64,000 bases of DNA from Prorocentrum cordatum (lineage: Eukaryota): contig CAUYUJ010000003.1 in the NCBI GenBank assembly GCA_963575745.1, positions 682,001 to 746,000 on the forward strand. Reading direction: 5' to 3'. This document shows positions 1 to 16,801 of the stretch, in pieces (position 1 is the first letter of the stretch; the number at the start of each line of letters is the position of its first letter). Made by a program: the position numbers and the translations under genes. The notes under the pieces are model-generated. The model was not told the DNA's origin. It ran no database searches and saw only the letters and a program-made list of their open reading frames with translations.

Positions 1-973
1 TGCGATGATGTCTCAGGCGAAACAGGCCGGACCACCTCTCGCGCGACATCTCGGAGCTTAGAAATTTGGTGGTGCCTCAAGCGAAACGGGCCGGCCGCGC
101 CGATCTCTTGGATCTGCGCTTGACCCCCTCCCTGGCGCGCGGAGCGCACCACGGGCGGCGCCGGAGGCGCCAAGCGCAGATCCAAGAAATCCGCGCGGAC
201 CGTCGAAAGGTCATATTTATCCAGGGTTTCTTCTTCGAGAAAAACTTGGGCCACATCGGCCCATGACACCCCTGGCAACACCCGACAAGCGGCTGTGAGC
301 TCGCCAGCCGGCCAGGAAGGGCCGCTGCCCGCAGACTCTGCGGGCGAGCCCCCCGTCGCCTGTTCAAAGAGGGGGCCCTAAAGATGAGAACCTCAACCCA
401 TGGAGTTTCAACCTGTGATGGGGTAACCCAAACCAGCATAAACACAAACTTTTGAGGGGTCTGCGCGGATTTCTGAAATCCATGTTGGACCCCCTCCCTG
501 GCACGCAGAGCGGCGGCGTCGGAGGCGCCGCTGTGGGCAGAGATCCGCGCAGGCCGTCGAGAGTTTACGTTGCGGGTTCTGGAGACCCTGAACCCAAAAA
601 TGTGGTCATCTCTTGGGAGGGAGACTTTTGCTTCCGCCGGCTTCCGCCGGCATTTCGCCGGCGGAGGCGGCCTAGTCTTACTTCCGCCGCCTTCCGCCGC
701 CCGTCCGCCGAGACGAGATGGCAACTCCGTCGATCCTCGAAGGCAAGGCCCTGTTTGGAACGCCCCATGAATCTGATGCAGCTTTTACTTCTTTGAGATC
801 CGCTTCCTGTCCTCAGGGGCCAATCCCTCAGCCCTCAGGGCCCCGTCCGCGAGCCGCTGGCCCACCACGCCTTGGCAGCCTGCGCAACTGCTCCGCTGCG
901 CGGGCAGCGCCTTCTGCCAGCGGCAGCTCGCGCTCACGCCTCCTCAACACAGCTCTCCTTGTGCAAACCGAGC

Positions 974-1330
974 GGTACCGATACCGTTACTCCCCGTTCG
1001 GAGGCAACTACTGGGAGGTCTTCGTCGGAAAAATTAGGAAGGATTGCGCCCCTCTGGGGGGGCCGCTACGCTGGATTGGGCCGCGGATCAAGCGGGATTT
1101 CGCGGGATTGAGCCGGATTGCGTGGGATCAAGGTGGGTTAAGCCGGATTCAAATGGATTTCGGACCAGGGCAAACTCAGAATTTGACCTCCCAGAGCTGC
1201 ATCCGAATCCACGAACTTCTCCCGGGGTGCGTTCTAACAATGAGTTCGAGGCGAATCGCGCCGTGGCGACGAGGGTCTCCAAGGAGGCCCGGAAAGGCAA
1301 AGCCCAGGGAAGAGTAGCGGTATCGGTACC
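974..1330. repeat. Inverted-repeat-bounded 357 bp segment (MITE-like)
   Basis: GGTACCGATACCGTTACTC (974-992) is the reverse complement of GAGTAGCGGTATCGGTACC (1312-1330), 18/19 match; related motifs recur near 22270-22365; no clear TSD. Confidence 0.45.
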
Positions 1331-2494
1331 TCATTCTCCTCTGACTCCTCGACCAGCGGCGCGGAGACCTCTGGGGACTTCGGCGGCGCCCGTACCAGCT
1401 CATACGGCGCGCGCTGGCGCACCGCGCGCGCCGCGACGCGCAGGTGCGCGGCGCGTCGCGGCGCGGTCAACATTCACACTCAATATTTTCGGTGCCCGTC
1501 CAGTGCAGCAGCCTAACGAAACCAAAGCGGAGTTGGTCCAGTCGGATCTACACAGGTGGTTCAAGGTTGCCACTATATTCTTCTACCATGTCCCAATATT
1601 ACTATTTCTATATTGTTATCATGACGATTCGCATTCTTATCATTGGTAACCAAAAGTAGACTACAACTGTGAGTATGATTGATATTGTCTTCATTGCTGC
1701 TAAAGACTAGTGCGTACTATGATTTTTACCATTAGAACGAATATGGCTGCTATCACAATGCTACTACGACCACTGCTATCATGTATTACGTCTCCTCCCG
1801 CTCCTACTGCTCCTGCGTGTGACGGTACCCCCCGATCCCAAACAACTCGAGCTCCTGTGGGACAGGCCGAGCGGGCAGGATGAGAACACCTGATTTGGAG
1901 GATATGTGGAGCATCGCAGGCCTCTGGATCGAAAGGGGGCTGGGTGTGGGAGGATCGCAGGGGGGACAGAGAGAGCTGCGAGCGGCCCTGCCCGCGCGCT
2001 CGAACACTACGGCTTCCACCGGCACATCAGCTACCACAGGCAGGCGCGCCCAGGAAGCGGGCGCGCCGTACTCTTCTAAAGGATGGAGGATCGGTTTCGA
2101 TGAGGTGACTTTTAGAGGATAGGTTTCCTGTACCCTGTTTGTCTTTTGTGCCGTTTTTTTGTGCCGAGAGGGCCTTCAACATGCCCTTCCATGTTCGAAG
2201 TCGTGAGGGATTGCATCACTTGTTGCTCTTGCGATTTCTATTGCCCGCCATGTGCGGGCGCTTTGGCCTGCTGTCGTGCGAATGCGATGGCACGTCCCCG
2301 GCTGTGGCCCCCTGTGGATCCCTCGCGCGGAGTTCCGATCCGATCCGATCCTCCCTCCTCCTCCCCGGAGCGGTCCCGCCTTGCCGTCCCCGTGGTTCCG
2401 CGCCGTGAGCTCCGGCGGCCGCAGGATGGGCGGCAGCAGAAACACCCCGTCCTCGCCGCTGCGAGGGAGGAGGGAGGGAGTTTTATGTAGAGTA

Positions 2495-2609
2495 CTGATG
2501 ATGAGGATGGTGCTGACGATGGCAAGGGTGATCACGATGACAGCGATGACCTCGATGCCAATGATGACGATGACGACGACCACGACGTCGTAGTCGTCGT
2601 CGTCGTTGT

Positions 2610-2693
<84 letters not shown>

Positions 2694-2757
2694 TATCATT
2701 ATCATCATTTTCATTATTACCATTACCATCATCATCAGCATCGTCATCATTACCATA

Positions 2758-2826
<69 letters not shown>

Positions 2827-3112
2827 TCCATCATCATCACAATCATTTGCATCATCATCAGCATCATCATCCTTAGCATCAGCATCATCATAATCAGCAC
2901 CAGCATCAGCATCATCGTCATCCTCATCCTAATCATCATCAGCACCGCCACCAACATCACCATCAACAACAGCAACATCATCATCAGTATCAGCATCAGC
3001 ATCACCGACATCGACATCGTCATCATCATCCTCATCAGCAGCATCGTCCTCATCGTCGTCGTCTCGTCGTCATCGACGTTATCATCCACATTCTCAGTAT
3101 CACCATCATCAT

Positions 3113-3147
<35 letters not shown>

Positions 3148-3522
3148 GCATCGTCATCGTCATCGTTATCATCATCGTCATCGGCATCACTATTATCATA
3201 ATCGCCATCAGCATCATGAGCAAAATCATCAGCAGCATCATCATCATCACCAGCATCGTCAACCCCATCATCACCATCACCATCATCATCTCCATCACCA
3301 TCACCGTCATGACCATCATCACCAGCATGGCCATCCGGGGCATCATTAGAATCATCGTCATCATCATCATAATCATCATCTCCAGCATCATCATCATCAC
3401 CATCATGATCATCATCATCATCATCATCATCAGCATCATCAGCATCATCATCACCATGATCCTCAACATCGTCATCATCACCATCACCATCATCACCATC
3501 ACCACCACTATCAATATCATCA
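2495..3522. repeat. Degenerate (GAT)n then long (ATC)n microsatellite
   Basis: Direct reading; source of the spurious poly-Met/poly-Ile ORFs. Confidence 0.95.
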
Positions 3523-3874
3523 CTCGGAAGTCACGGTAGCTCCAGACCCAGGCCGACTTTGCGCATATCATACCGATTCAACAGAAAGGGGGGGACAACG
3601 AGCAAAACAGCACAGGCTGGGTTATAATGCGAAGGCTGGCAGAGCTGTTTTGGTATTGCAAACGCACGGCAACACGGTGCGAACGTGTGAGGAATGTTCG
3701 AAGTTCCACCGTATTCTAGACTGGAAAGCTGTCCTGTTAGAGCCGATTGAGAAGAGCGAAGGCAAACGGAAGCCCAACAACCGAGGCCAAGGGCACACGG
3801 AAGCGGGGGGAAAGGCGAGTCCCGCCTGCACAATGGGAGCTCTGGGCGGGTGGGGAGGGGGGAAGGGTTGAGGG

Positions 3875-4490
3875 GGCGGGACGGTGGGGGCGGTGCGACG
3901 CCGAAATAAAGCGGTCGGGCCGGAAGGGGGCGGGATAGAAACTACACTGGACGGGGGCGGTGCGACGCCGAAATAATCAGGTCGGGGCGGAGGAGGTCAC
4001 GCTGGTGGTGGTGGTAGTTTGTCTGGGCAGGTGGGTGGGTGGGCGGGGGGGGCGGGGCGGGGAGGGGGCGGTGCGACGCCGAAATAAGGTGGTCGGGCCG
4101 GGGGGGGGGGGGGGCAGAGGGCACTGAGCAGCTGGGGAGGGGGGGAATCGGGTGTGCGGGACGGTGGGGGCGGTGCAACGCCGAAATGAAGCGGTCGGGG
4201 CGGAGGGGCGGGGTGGAGAGCGCACTGGACGGGGGGCGGTGTCAAGCTGGTAGTGGTGGTGGCTGATGTAGAAAGTGGTTGGGGTGGAGGAGGGCGGTGT
4301 GGACAGGGCACTGGACGGGGGGGCGGTGTCACGCTGGTGGTGGTGGTGGTTGGTGTACACAGTGGTCGGGGCGGAACACTGGACGGGGGGCGGTGTCACG
4401 CTGATGTCGGTGGTAGTGGTTGGTGTGGTTGGGTGGGTGGAGGGGCGCGGGGGGGTGGGGCGGTGGGGGCGGTGGGGCGCTGAAATAAAA
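3875..4490. repeat. G-rich degenerate tandem repeat (GGGCGGTGCGACGCCGAAAT / CACTGGACGGGGGGCGGTG cores)
   Basis: Cores recur several times across the interval. Confidence 0.85.
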
Positions 4491-4749
4491 TTGTCGGATC
4501 TCTAGACGCCCTGTGCCAGATACTAATGATTGTTGATCCCTTCGCCCGTGCGCACTGTGCTTTCTCAATTGACTTGCCCCCCCTCTCTCGGGGCTCGCAC
4601 GCTGTGTTGTATCTCGGAACGCCGTCCTACTCAAACAGGGTTGTTGGGCCCCGAACTAGAACAACACACACACACACTAACAAAACAAACAATTAGCCTG
4701 ACGACGGGCCCAACCATATGCAGCTGCGACTGCCGCATTGTGGGTACCG

Positions 4750-5712
4750 CTTTCGGTGAAGCTCCCTATGGGGAGCCGAAGCGTGCGAGAGGTGCGCCGA
4801 AATCGGTGGCGCGGGCGCATGCGGACCCTGCCTCTGGAGCCTTCGGCGGAGTTGCCTATGGGGCCACGAAGCGCTGTCCTGGGTGGCGGTGGCGCATGCG
4901 GACGCTGCCAGTGGAGCGTTCGGTGGAGTTCCCTATGGGGCCACGAAGCGCTGTCCTGGGTGGCGGTGGCGCATGCGGACACTGCCACTGGAGCCTTCGG
5001 TGGAGTTCCCTATGGGGCCACGAAGCGCTGTCCTGGGTGGCGGTGACGCACGCGGACACTGCCAGTGGAGCGTTCGGTGGAGCTCCCTATGGGGCCGCGA
5101 AACGCTGTCGTGGGTGGCGGTGGCGCATGAGGACCCTGACACTGGAACCTTCGGTGCGTTTCCCCATGGGGCCACGAGCGGTGTGAATGGTGTGCCGTAA
5201 TGGCTGGCGGTGACGCATGCGGACGCAGCTACTGGGGATTTCGGTGAAACTCCCTCTGAGGTCACGAACCGTGTCAGGGGTGTGCCGTAATGGGTGGCAG
5301 TGACGCAGGCGGACGCAGCCACTGGGGCCTTCGGTGGAGCTCCCTATGGGGTCACGAACTGTGTGGGGGGTGTCCCGTAATGGGTGGCGGTGGCGCATGG
5401 GGGCGCAACCACTGGGGCGTTCGATGGAGTTCCCTATGGGGCCACGGGCCGTCTGAGGGGTGTGTCGTAATGGGTGGCGGTGGCGCATGGGGGCGCAGCC
5501 ACTGGGGCCTTCGGTGGGGCTCCTTATGGGGCCACGAACCGTTTGATGGGTGTGCCGAGCCGTTAATGATGGTGATGATGATGATGATGACGATGATGAT
5601 AGTGACGGTGATGCTGATGATGTGGAAAGGGACGGGGGGCAGCGGGATGAAGGACGCGGACGCTGTCTGTTCAAAACGAGGACCCAACACCACAGGATGG
5701 TTGGGAACAACA
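4750..5712 (+). repeat. Repeat module with 59-72 bp tandem units (core TTCGGTGGAGCTCCCTATGGGGCCACGAA), (GAT)n and conserved terminus
   Basis: About 12 units followed by TTCAAAACGAGGACCCAACACCACAGGATGGTTGGGAA; same family at 22814-23183(-), 56760-57750, 58340-59340. Confidence 0.9.
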
Positions 5713-6234
5713 ACGCCAACAACAACGTGTATTCCAAGACTGCTCGCTACTATCGGCCCGCGTGTCATTCACTATGCATTTCCCAAACCCTGGATACCCG
5801 ACCCTCTTCGTCTTCGATAATACCCCCTTTGGGGGGGTTCGATCCCTTCCTGGCCACGTGTAATTGGAGAAGCCCCTAAACAGGGAAACGAAAGGGAAAA
5901 GACAACAAGAGAGGACGAAGAAATCGGAAGGGAGAGATTAGAGGGGCAAGGGGGAGGGACGACGATGATTTGCGCCGCTAGTTGCGATTCAGTTTGCGCC
6001 ACGGCTTGCGCCAGCCATTCCAATACAGGTTACCAAAGGCTTCACCATGGGTCGCGCCATAAACAGCGCCATGTAACACCTCTGGTGCTGCTCGGCGAGG
6101 TGTTGGAAGCGAATGTGGTGCCCGATGCCCTAGAACGATCCTCTGACGGGCACACTTTGACTGAGAACAAGCAATACGCAACGGTGGAAGGGGGATCAAT
6201 AATAATTGTTCTTCAGAAATGAAAAATTAAAAAT

Positions 6235-6291
<57 letters not shown>

Positions 6292-7440
6292 CATTTTACC
6301 CGAACGCTCAGTGTTCTCACCAGTGCCAGGGTTTTCATGCGACGCGAGACAATACCCCCACTTCGTGGGGGGGCAGTTCAAGCTCTACCAAATATCCAAA
6401 CGACTCTTCGCGACCACCCAAACCCAGCTTCCCGCCCTATGACGTTGGGACACTTCACTTCGTGGCGTGCGGACGACCGTGGCTACTACACTGGCGTGGG
6501 GTACACACCCACAGAACTTGGTCACTTATTCGGGGCGCGCGTGTGCCCAGCATCCTGCAATTGTGACATACAATACATGACACAGACAGACAGAGAGAGA
6601 GACAGAGAGCAGACAGAGAGAGAGACAGAGAGAGCGGAGTTGGTCACATTTTTGGGGCAAGTTCCTGAGATCGTCGTGTTTTTTGTTGGTCTTGCGCGCG
6701 CGAATGTCCACTTTACTTTTTTTTGCAAGGGATGTTGAAATTTGATTATGTAAGAACAAGAAAAAGTAGCTCGCGCGAGCTTATGTAACATAAATGTTGA
6801 AAAACCATTGGTTTTGTGGGAGTCGGACAGCGCGCGCGGGATGAAATTTGGACATTTTTTTTTGAAAAACCATTGGGTTTTTGATGTTTTTATGTTGAAA
6901 TCGTTACGAAACCTAAGGTTCTGGAAGGATTTCGTCTTGCGCGCGCGAATGTCCACTTTACCTTATTTTTTGCAAGGGATTATTGAAATTTGATTATGTT
7001 AGAACAAGAAAAAGTAGCTCGCGCGAGCTCATGTAACATAAATGTTGAAAAACCATTGGTTTTGTGGGATTCGGACAGCGCGCGCGGAAGGACATTTTGA
7101 CAATTTTTTCTTAAAAAACCATTGGGTTTTTGATGTTTTTATGTTAAAATCGTTACGAAACCTAAGGTTTTGGAAGGATTTCGTCTTGCGCGCACGAATG
7201 TCCACTTTACCTTATTTTTTGCAAGGGATTCTTGCAATTTGATCAAGTAAGAACAAGAATTTTCATTTTATGATGTTTTTTGCAAGGGAAAACGAGCGTC
7301 AACAAAACAACCGGATCCGGTACCAATCGTTTTGCCTGAGACTTCCTCACGAAAATGATGAAAATGTGGCTGCGGCCTAGGCGCGGCGGGGGGGTCGTGC
7401 ACCAGGGGTCCCAACAATAATTATTCTTAAGAAGAAATAA
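6235..7440 (+). repeat. Interspersed repeat module A with internal ~240 bp AT-rich tandem duplication
   Basis: Begins (CAA)n-ATCATTTTACCCGAACGCTCAG; homologous copies at ~27550-28580 and ~45435-46415. Confidence 0.9.
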
Positions 7441-7487
7441 TGTTCAACAACAACAACAACACCAACAACAACAACAACAACACCACC

Positions 7488-7519
<32 letters not shown>

Positions 7520-7779
7520 CAGCCATTTTACCCTCATGCACGATGCTTCCAAACATGCGACCATCATGATCACCATCCCCATCATGGGGGACTCTTGTTC
7601 TATAGCGGGGTCCGTTATGCCCATTCCCAGATCATCCGCCCAATGAGATCTTGCAAACACCTCCTCCGAGGAAGTTCAACATACCCCGCCTCGAAAACAC
7701 ATGCCCGCACCTTGCTGCGCCGATGTGAGACCGCCAGTGGCGCCCCAGCCAAGGGTAAAGCACAAGGAAGTATCGACCG

Positions 7780-8460
7780 ACAGCATTGCCTTGGTGGTTA
7801 TGGGGGCTGTCGGCAGCGAGGCAAGGATTTGGCCCTGAATAGAAGCGGAGGAGCCTCGAGCAGGGCCGTTGTTGTTGCTGGGAGCGGCGCCAATGCTGAA
7901 GATAATAGGACGCTAGTCCAGCGAAAAAAACTATTTCTCGAGCGGGAACACGGGTTTTGTTGGGACGGCGGCTTTCGGCGGCGAGTAAGAAGGGAGGAAA
8001 CCTCAAGCGGGAGCCGTGGTTTTGTCGGGACGGGGGCTGTCGGCGGCGAGGAACAGCACCGTCCTGAGGAAAAAAAACTGGAGCGGGAGTGTTGTTTTTG
8101 CTGGGAGCGGCGCCAATGCTGAAGAGAGTAGGGCGCGAGTCCAGCGTAAAACGGGAGGATGTCTCGGGCGGGAGCGCTGGTGTTGTCGGGACGGGGGCTG
8201 TCGGCGGCGAGCAAGAGCACCGCCTTGAGTAAAAAAGGGAGGGAGTCTCGAGCGGGAGCGTTGTTGTTGCTGGGGGGCGGCGCCGATGAGAGAAAGACTA
8301 GCGCGCCTGTCCAAGGTAAAACGGGAGGAGGTCTCGAGCGGGAGCGCTGGTTTTGTTGAGACGGCTGCTGTCGGCGGTGAGCAAGAGCACCAGCCCTGAT
8401 AAAAAAGAAGGAAGTCTTGAACGGGAACGTTGTTGTTGTTGGGGGGCCAGTTTTGGCGGC
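7780..8460. repeat. Degenerate tandem repeat (CTCGAGCGGGAGC / GGGGCTGTCGGCGGCGAG cores)
   Basis: Cores recur through the interval. Confidence 0.75.
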
Positions 8461-8804
8461 CCCCCAACCCGCTCGAAAGTGAGTTTCGTTTTCAATGAAA
8501 ATGCAGCCGGCGCCTAGGCGAGAGCGCCAAGGCGCCTGTAAGAGGTCCAATAATAAAAACTGTTTAACAATTAGCACTCAACAGCAACAACAGCAGCAAC
8601 AACAAAAAGGCACAACAAACTGCTGGTGTACCTGGACTGGGTCCTCCAGCGCGCCCTTCCGCTCCACGTGGTGAAAAATTGTACGGGTGTGCCCGGACCC
8701 CCCTTGCAACGCAACGCAACGCAACGCGACGCAATACGGCTGCCTGTGCAGCCTTGGCTGCGTTGCGTTGCGTTGCGAAGGGGGGAGCTGGATACTCCGT
8801 TGTC

Positions 8805-10105
8805 GGGAATCACGAAGAAACCGTAAGGATTCCTTAGGAATCCCTCGGGAATACTTGGGGATCCATAAGGAATGCTTTGGAATCCCCAGGGGATCCATCG
8901 AAATCCCTTTGGGCTATTGGGGAGTCTCTAGGAATCCTTAAGGAATCCTTCGGTATCCCTAAAGATCCCAGCGGAATCCGTACGGAATCCCGAGAATCCT
9001 GAAGGAATCCCTGGGGAACCCTTCGGAATCCCTGAGGAAACCGTAAGGCATCCGTAGAGAATCCCCACAGAATCCGTGGGGAATCCGGAGCACTCTCTCT
9101 AAGGAACCCTTCGCACTCCCGACGGTTTCCCTGACACTCCCGACGGAATCCTTTGCTTTCCTGCCGGAATCCTGAACACTCCCTGCGGAGTCCTTAGCAC
9201 TGAATCTTAAGCACACCCTAAGGAATCCGTAGCACTCCCGGTGGTATCCTTAATACTTACGGAGTCCTTAGCAGCCCCATACGGAATCCGAAGCACTCCA
9301 TATGGAATCCTTTGGACTTCCTGCGGCATCATTAGCTCTCCCCACGGACTCCTTAGCACTCCCTGCGAAATCCTGCGCAATCCCTACGGAGTCCTTCGGA
9401 CTCCCTACGGAATCCGTGCGAGTCCCCACGGGTTTTTTTTAACACCCCCTACAGAAACCTGAGCACTCCCTACTGAGTCCTTGGCACTCCCTACGGCATC
9501 TTTAGGACTCCCCAGGAAATCCTTACTAATCCCTAGGGAATCCCTAGAAGAATTCCTGAGGAATCCCTTTGGGAATCCTTAGGAAGCCAAAATGGATCCT
9601 CAGGGGATCCTGAGCACTCCCTACGGAATCCTCAGGAATCCCTTCGGAATCCGAAGGTATCCTTCTGGAACCCTTAGGGATCCCATGGGAATCCTCGGAA
9701 ACCTCAACACTTCCTAGGAAATCCTTCGGAATCCTTCGGGGTTCCTGGGGGAATCCTTAGGAATTCCCAGGGAATCCTTAGGACTCCTCAGGGAATCCTT
9801 CAGGCATATTTAGCACTCCTTGGAGAATCCAGAAGACTCTCTACGGAATCCTTAGCACTCCCTGGGGAGACCTTCGGAGCCCTAGGAACTCCTGGCGAAT
9901 ACCTCCGAAATCCTTAAGGAATCCTTCAGAACCCATAATGCCAATTCCTAAGGAACCCTCCGGAATCTCCCGGGAATCCTTCGGACGTCCTGGGGAGTCC
10001 TCAGGATTCCCCAGGGAGTCCTTCTGAAGTCATAGGGAATCTGGGAGAATCCCCCGGAAAGTCTGAGGCTTCACTTCGAAATCCTGAGGAATCCCGAGGA
10101 AGACC
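8805..10105. repeat. Degenerate satellite built on GGAATCC / AGCACTCC motifs
   Basis: GGAATCC repeated dozens of times at short irregular period. Confidence 0.9.
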
Positions 10106-10127
10106 CGCGGAATGCGTGGGGCATTGT

Positions 10128-12780
<2,653 letters not shown>

Positions 12781-13059
12781 GTCGTCGTGGTCTCCGTCGT
12801 CGGCGGCGGCGGCAGACAGACAGACAGGGCGACTGAGAGGGCGATGGCGACGACGACAGGGACGCACAGGAGCGCCACACCGGCTGCGTCCTTCTCGTCC
12901 TGCTTCGCTTCCTCTTCCTGCTCCTCTTCCCTCTCCTGCTACACTCCTCCTCCCCTGCGTCCGTTGCGTTGCGTTGCGTTGCGTTGCGCCTGGCGGGGGG
13001 GGGTCCGTTGCGTCGCCTTACGTTGCGCCGGGGGGGTGGCGAAAGCGGATGGTTTCGTC

Positions 13060-13095
13060 AACAACAACAACAACAACCATGACAACGACAACCTT

Positions 13096-13148
<53 letters not shown>

Positions 13149-16100
13149 CCATGACAACATCAACAACAGCACCAACAACAACAGCAACCACAGCCACAGC
13201 AACAGCCACAGCCACAACCACAACAACAACGACAAGCGTGCTAAGACGGTTCGGTCTTATCTGCTCGCGTGCCATTCAACACGTATACCCCGAACCCTCG
13301 ATACCTGCCCTAATCGTCTTCGATCGTACTGCCTTGCGGGCATATTTTCCTTACCTGCAGCGCGTATTTCGCGCAGCCCCTAAGACAAGGGAAACGAGGA
13401 CATATGGAAGGAAGGGACAAGGGACAGGCGGGTTGCTAAAACGTGCAATCTACATGATTCGCGAGGAGGTCTCGGGCGACATCGCGATTCCCAAATCAAT
13501 CGTGAGAGAACCCACAGCGACAGCGAGATCCCTGAGTGTCGAGGGTACGGCGCCTGAGTCAATTGCGACAAAGTCCCACGCGAGAACGCGATCCCTGTAT
13601 AAGTTGTAATGAAATCCCGCGCGGGAGCGCGATATGGGAATACATTGTGAGAAAAAATGAAGCGGGAACCGCTGTTGTGGTAAATCGTGGCCCAACAACA
13701 TAACAGTTTGGCGAACCCACACTGACTCTGGTTTAAAAAATGCGAGCCCCGAAGGAGCACTATAATTGAAAACTACACTAGCTACCGAAAGGGGTGGATC
13801 AACAATAATCAGTCTTTGGTAATGAAGTTTCAACGGCTCCCGCCTGATACTTCCTCACAATTCATTCCGACACCGAGCTCTTCCTCACAGTGTATGTATG
13901 CAAGTATCGCGCTCTCGCGTGGGCATTCCTCGCAATGTACACCAGAATCGCGCTCTCGCGTGGGATTTCTTCGCGAGCTGTTCAGACGCCGCGCCTCCGA
14001 CACTTAGGAATCATGTTCTCGCTTTGGCCTTTCTCGCGATGTACTTGGGGATCGCGCTGTCGCTCGAGCTTTCCTCGCGATTCTTGCGCGATGCACGCTT
14101 CAGCGACCCGCCTGCTCGACCTGGCCGCCTGGGCCCGCCTTCCCGAACCACCCGTTCGGGTCTACCCGCCCGATCTTCCCGTGTGGTTCTGCCACGTGGT
14201 TTTTGTTCCCAGCTCCCCTCCTGCATCTTCCTCTCGTGTTCCATCCTCCTCCCTCCCCCTTGTCCCTTCCGTCCATCCGTCCTCGCTTCCCCGACCTACT
14301 GAACTGCACGAAAATGAGCTGCACGAAATAAACGTTGCAAGTGAGAAAGATACACCCCGAAAAGGGTACGATCGAAGACCAAAAGAGCGGGTACCGAAGG
14401 TTTGGGATATACGTGTTGACTGGCACACGAGCAGGTAAGAGCGAACAGTCTTGAACTTATTGCTGTTGAGTTCTCACTCATGAAAAATAATTATTGTTGA
14501 TCCCTCCTCCTCCGGCGCAAATGATATCTTTCAACTCAAATGCCCCTCCCGGGGCTCGCACCCGGTTCATAATTAATGGATGTCGCGAAGCGAAACTCAA
14601 ATTGGGCCCCCGGCCTCCGAACAACAACACCAACAACGGCTCCCGCCGTATACTTTCTCATAATGTACTGCCCCCGCCCCCCCCCGCTCCCGCTTGAAAC
14701 TTCCCCGTAATTTGCTCAAGAATCGCGCTCTCGCCTTACTCTTCCTTCCGATTTACGAAGGCGCCGCTCTCGCCATTCATCAATCGCGCTCTCGCCTCGA
14801 ACGTCCTTATAATTGACTTGAGAATCGCGCTCTCGCCCGAGACCTCCAGGCGAATTATGCCCCAAGACTCACGCATTCGCGACCCACCCGCTTGACCCGC
14901 CCATCAGGGTTCGCCCGCCTGGCTCGCCCGGTAAAGCCCGCAGTCGCCCCTCGCTGCTTTTCGCCCGTTCCGATGCCCGTCGCTGCCCTCGCGATACCGC
15001 AGTCGGATTTGAAGGCCCCGTCGCTGCCTTCGTGGCCTCGGTGTATTCATTTGAACCCCATCGATGTCGTTCGTGGTCCCGCGGTCGCCTTTCGTAGCCC
15101 CCTCGCTGACCATCGTGGCCCGGATGTAGCTCTTCGTGGGCCCCTCGCTGCCCTTCCTGGCCCCATTGCAGCCCTCAGCGGCCCCCGTCTGTTCAATGTT
15201 GCGCCAACTACACGTGGCAGGGAAGAAAGATATCCCCCCTGAAGGGGGTACGATCGCAGACGCACAAGGCGGGTATCCAGGGCTTGGGAAACACATGTTG
15301 ATTGACACACAGGCATATAGGAGCGAACAAGACTAAACCGATGTTTGTTGTTGTTGCTGTTGCTGTTGCTGTTGTTGCTGTTGCTGTTCTGGTGAACTCT
15401 CATATCTGAACATCGATCACCCCCAGCCCTTTGCACAATGTGCTTTTCAATTGAAGTGCTCCCCGCGGGGCTCGCACTGTTTCTTTTCATAAGCTAGAAA
15501 CTTGGTGCTCAAGCTGGCCCCCTGCCCCCTGGGTTACAAGAACAACGGCTCCCGCCTGATACTTCCTGACAACGTATACTAAAATCACGCTCTCGCGCAG
15601 GACGTCTGCATATTTTTGGCAAGAATTGCACTCTCGCGTGATACTTCCTCACAATGTATTGTGACACCGTGTCCCCAAGACTAGGAATCGCGCTCTCGCT
15701 TTGGGGTTCATAATGATTTACTGGGGAATCGCCCTAACGCTCGAAACTTCCTTCATGATGGATTGGACCCGCCCGCTCGACCTGGACGTCTGGGTCCGCC
15801 CGCCCGGCCGCCCGACCCGCCCGTCTGGCTCTGCCACTTGCACTCCTGTTCCTAGCCCTCCTCGTGCAACTCTCTCACGTGCTCCATTATTCTCCCTCCC
15901 TTCCCTCCGCCCTGCATTCCCCAGTTTTGGGGGCTGCGCCGACTACGCGCGGCAGGTACGGAAGATATACCCCCAAGGGGGGTATGATCGAAAACGAAGC
16001 CAGCGGGCATCGAGGCTTTCAGATATACGTGTGAAATGGCGCTCGAGCAGATAAGAGCGAGCAACCTTAAAACAATCAGTGATCTTGTTGGAGGTGTTGC

Positions 16101-16155
16101 TGTTGCTGTTGTTGTTGGTTGTTATTGTTGTTGTGCGTGTTGCTGTTGCTGTTGC

Positions 16156-16200
<45 letters not shown>

Positions 16201-16245
16201 CGTTCTTGTTGTTGTTTGTTGCTGTTTCGTGTTGCTTGTTGTTCG

Positions 16246-16297
<52 letters not shown>

Positions 16298-16300
16298 CGG
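13060..16300. repeat. Cluster of interspersed repeat module B copies in both orientations
   Basis: Recurrent AAGACTGTTCGCTCTTA..CCCAAACCCTCGATACCCGCCCTCTTCGTCTTCGATCGTACCCC motif and GAGAGCGCGATTC repeats; family also at ~5735, 28595, 46435, 50815, 53270, 54095, 55940, 59690. Confidence 0.8.
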
Positions 16301-16309
16301 CGTTTTACT

Positions 16310-16445
16310 CGCGACCCGCACGCGACCCTCCCGCGACCCACCCGCGACCCTCCCGCCACCCACCCACCTGCGACCCAGCCGCGACCCACCGCGACCCACC
16401 CGCGACCCACACCGCGACCCACCCGCGACCCGCCCGCGACCCACC
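16310..16445. repeat. 11-bp tandem repeat CCCGCGACCCA/G
   Basis: About 11 units by direct reading. Confidence 0.9.
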
Positions 16446-16639
16446 AGTGACCTACACCGCGCCCGCCACCCTCACTCTTATCCTCAACTGCGGGGTGCTA
16501 CATACACCAAACAGCCTGATTATACCTCAAGGCCCGACGGGCCAAAATCTCGGAAATCGTCTGGAGTCCGAACGCATCAAATTCAGTATAAGACTTATGG
16601 GGAAGGCCTTACGGCCGGTGCCGCCGACCCTGAAAGTTG

Positions 16640-16671
<32 letters not shown>

Positions 16672-16801
16672 CGAGGCGACGACGACGACGACGCTGACGC
16701 TCTGGAATCCTTCTTGGAGCTCTCTTAGGAGCCTATTGGCCTCTGTTTGGGGGCCTCTTGGGGGACTTGTTTTTTGGCTTGGCGGCAGCTGCTGCCTCCC
16801 T

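Noticed and set aside
2532..3571. Poly-Met/Ile ORFs, and poly-Val/Leu/Ser/Thr/Tyr ORFs at 10000-12870 and 48200-49040
   Set aside because: Trinucleotide microsatellites
4750..5560. Regularly spaced palindromic repeats resembling a CRISPR array
   Set aside because: The intervening sequences are themselves homologous, context is eukaryotic, and no cas genes are present
1490..6075. Possible small plus-strand exons (~1503-1565, ~3650-3760, ~6029-6076; also ~18450-18490 and ~19210-19330)
   Set aside because: Non-repetitive islands with plausible AG/GT ends but no recognisable homology; cannot be supported without transcripts
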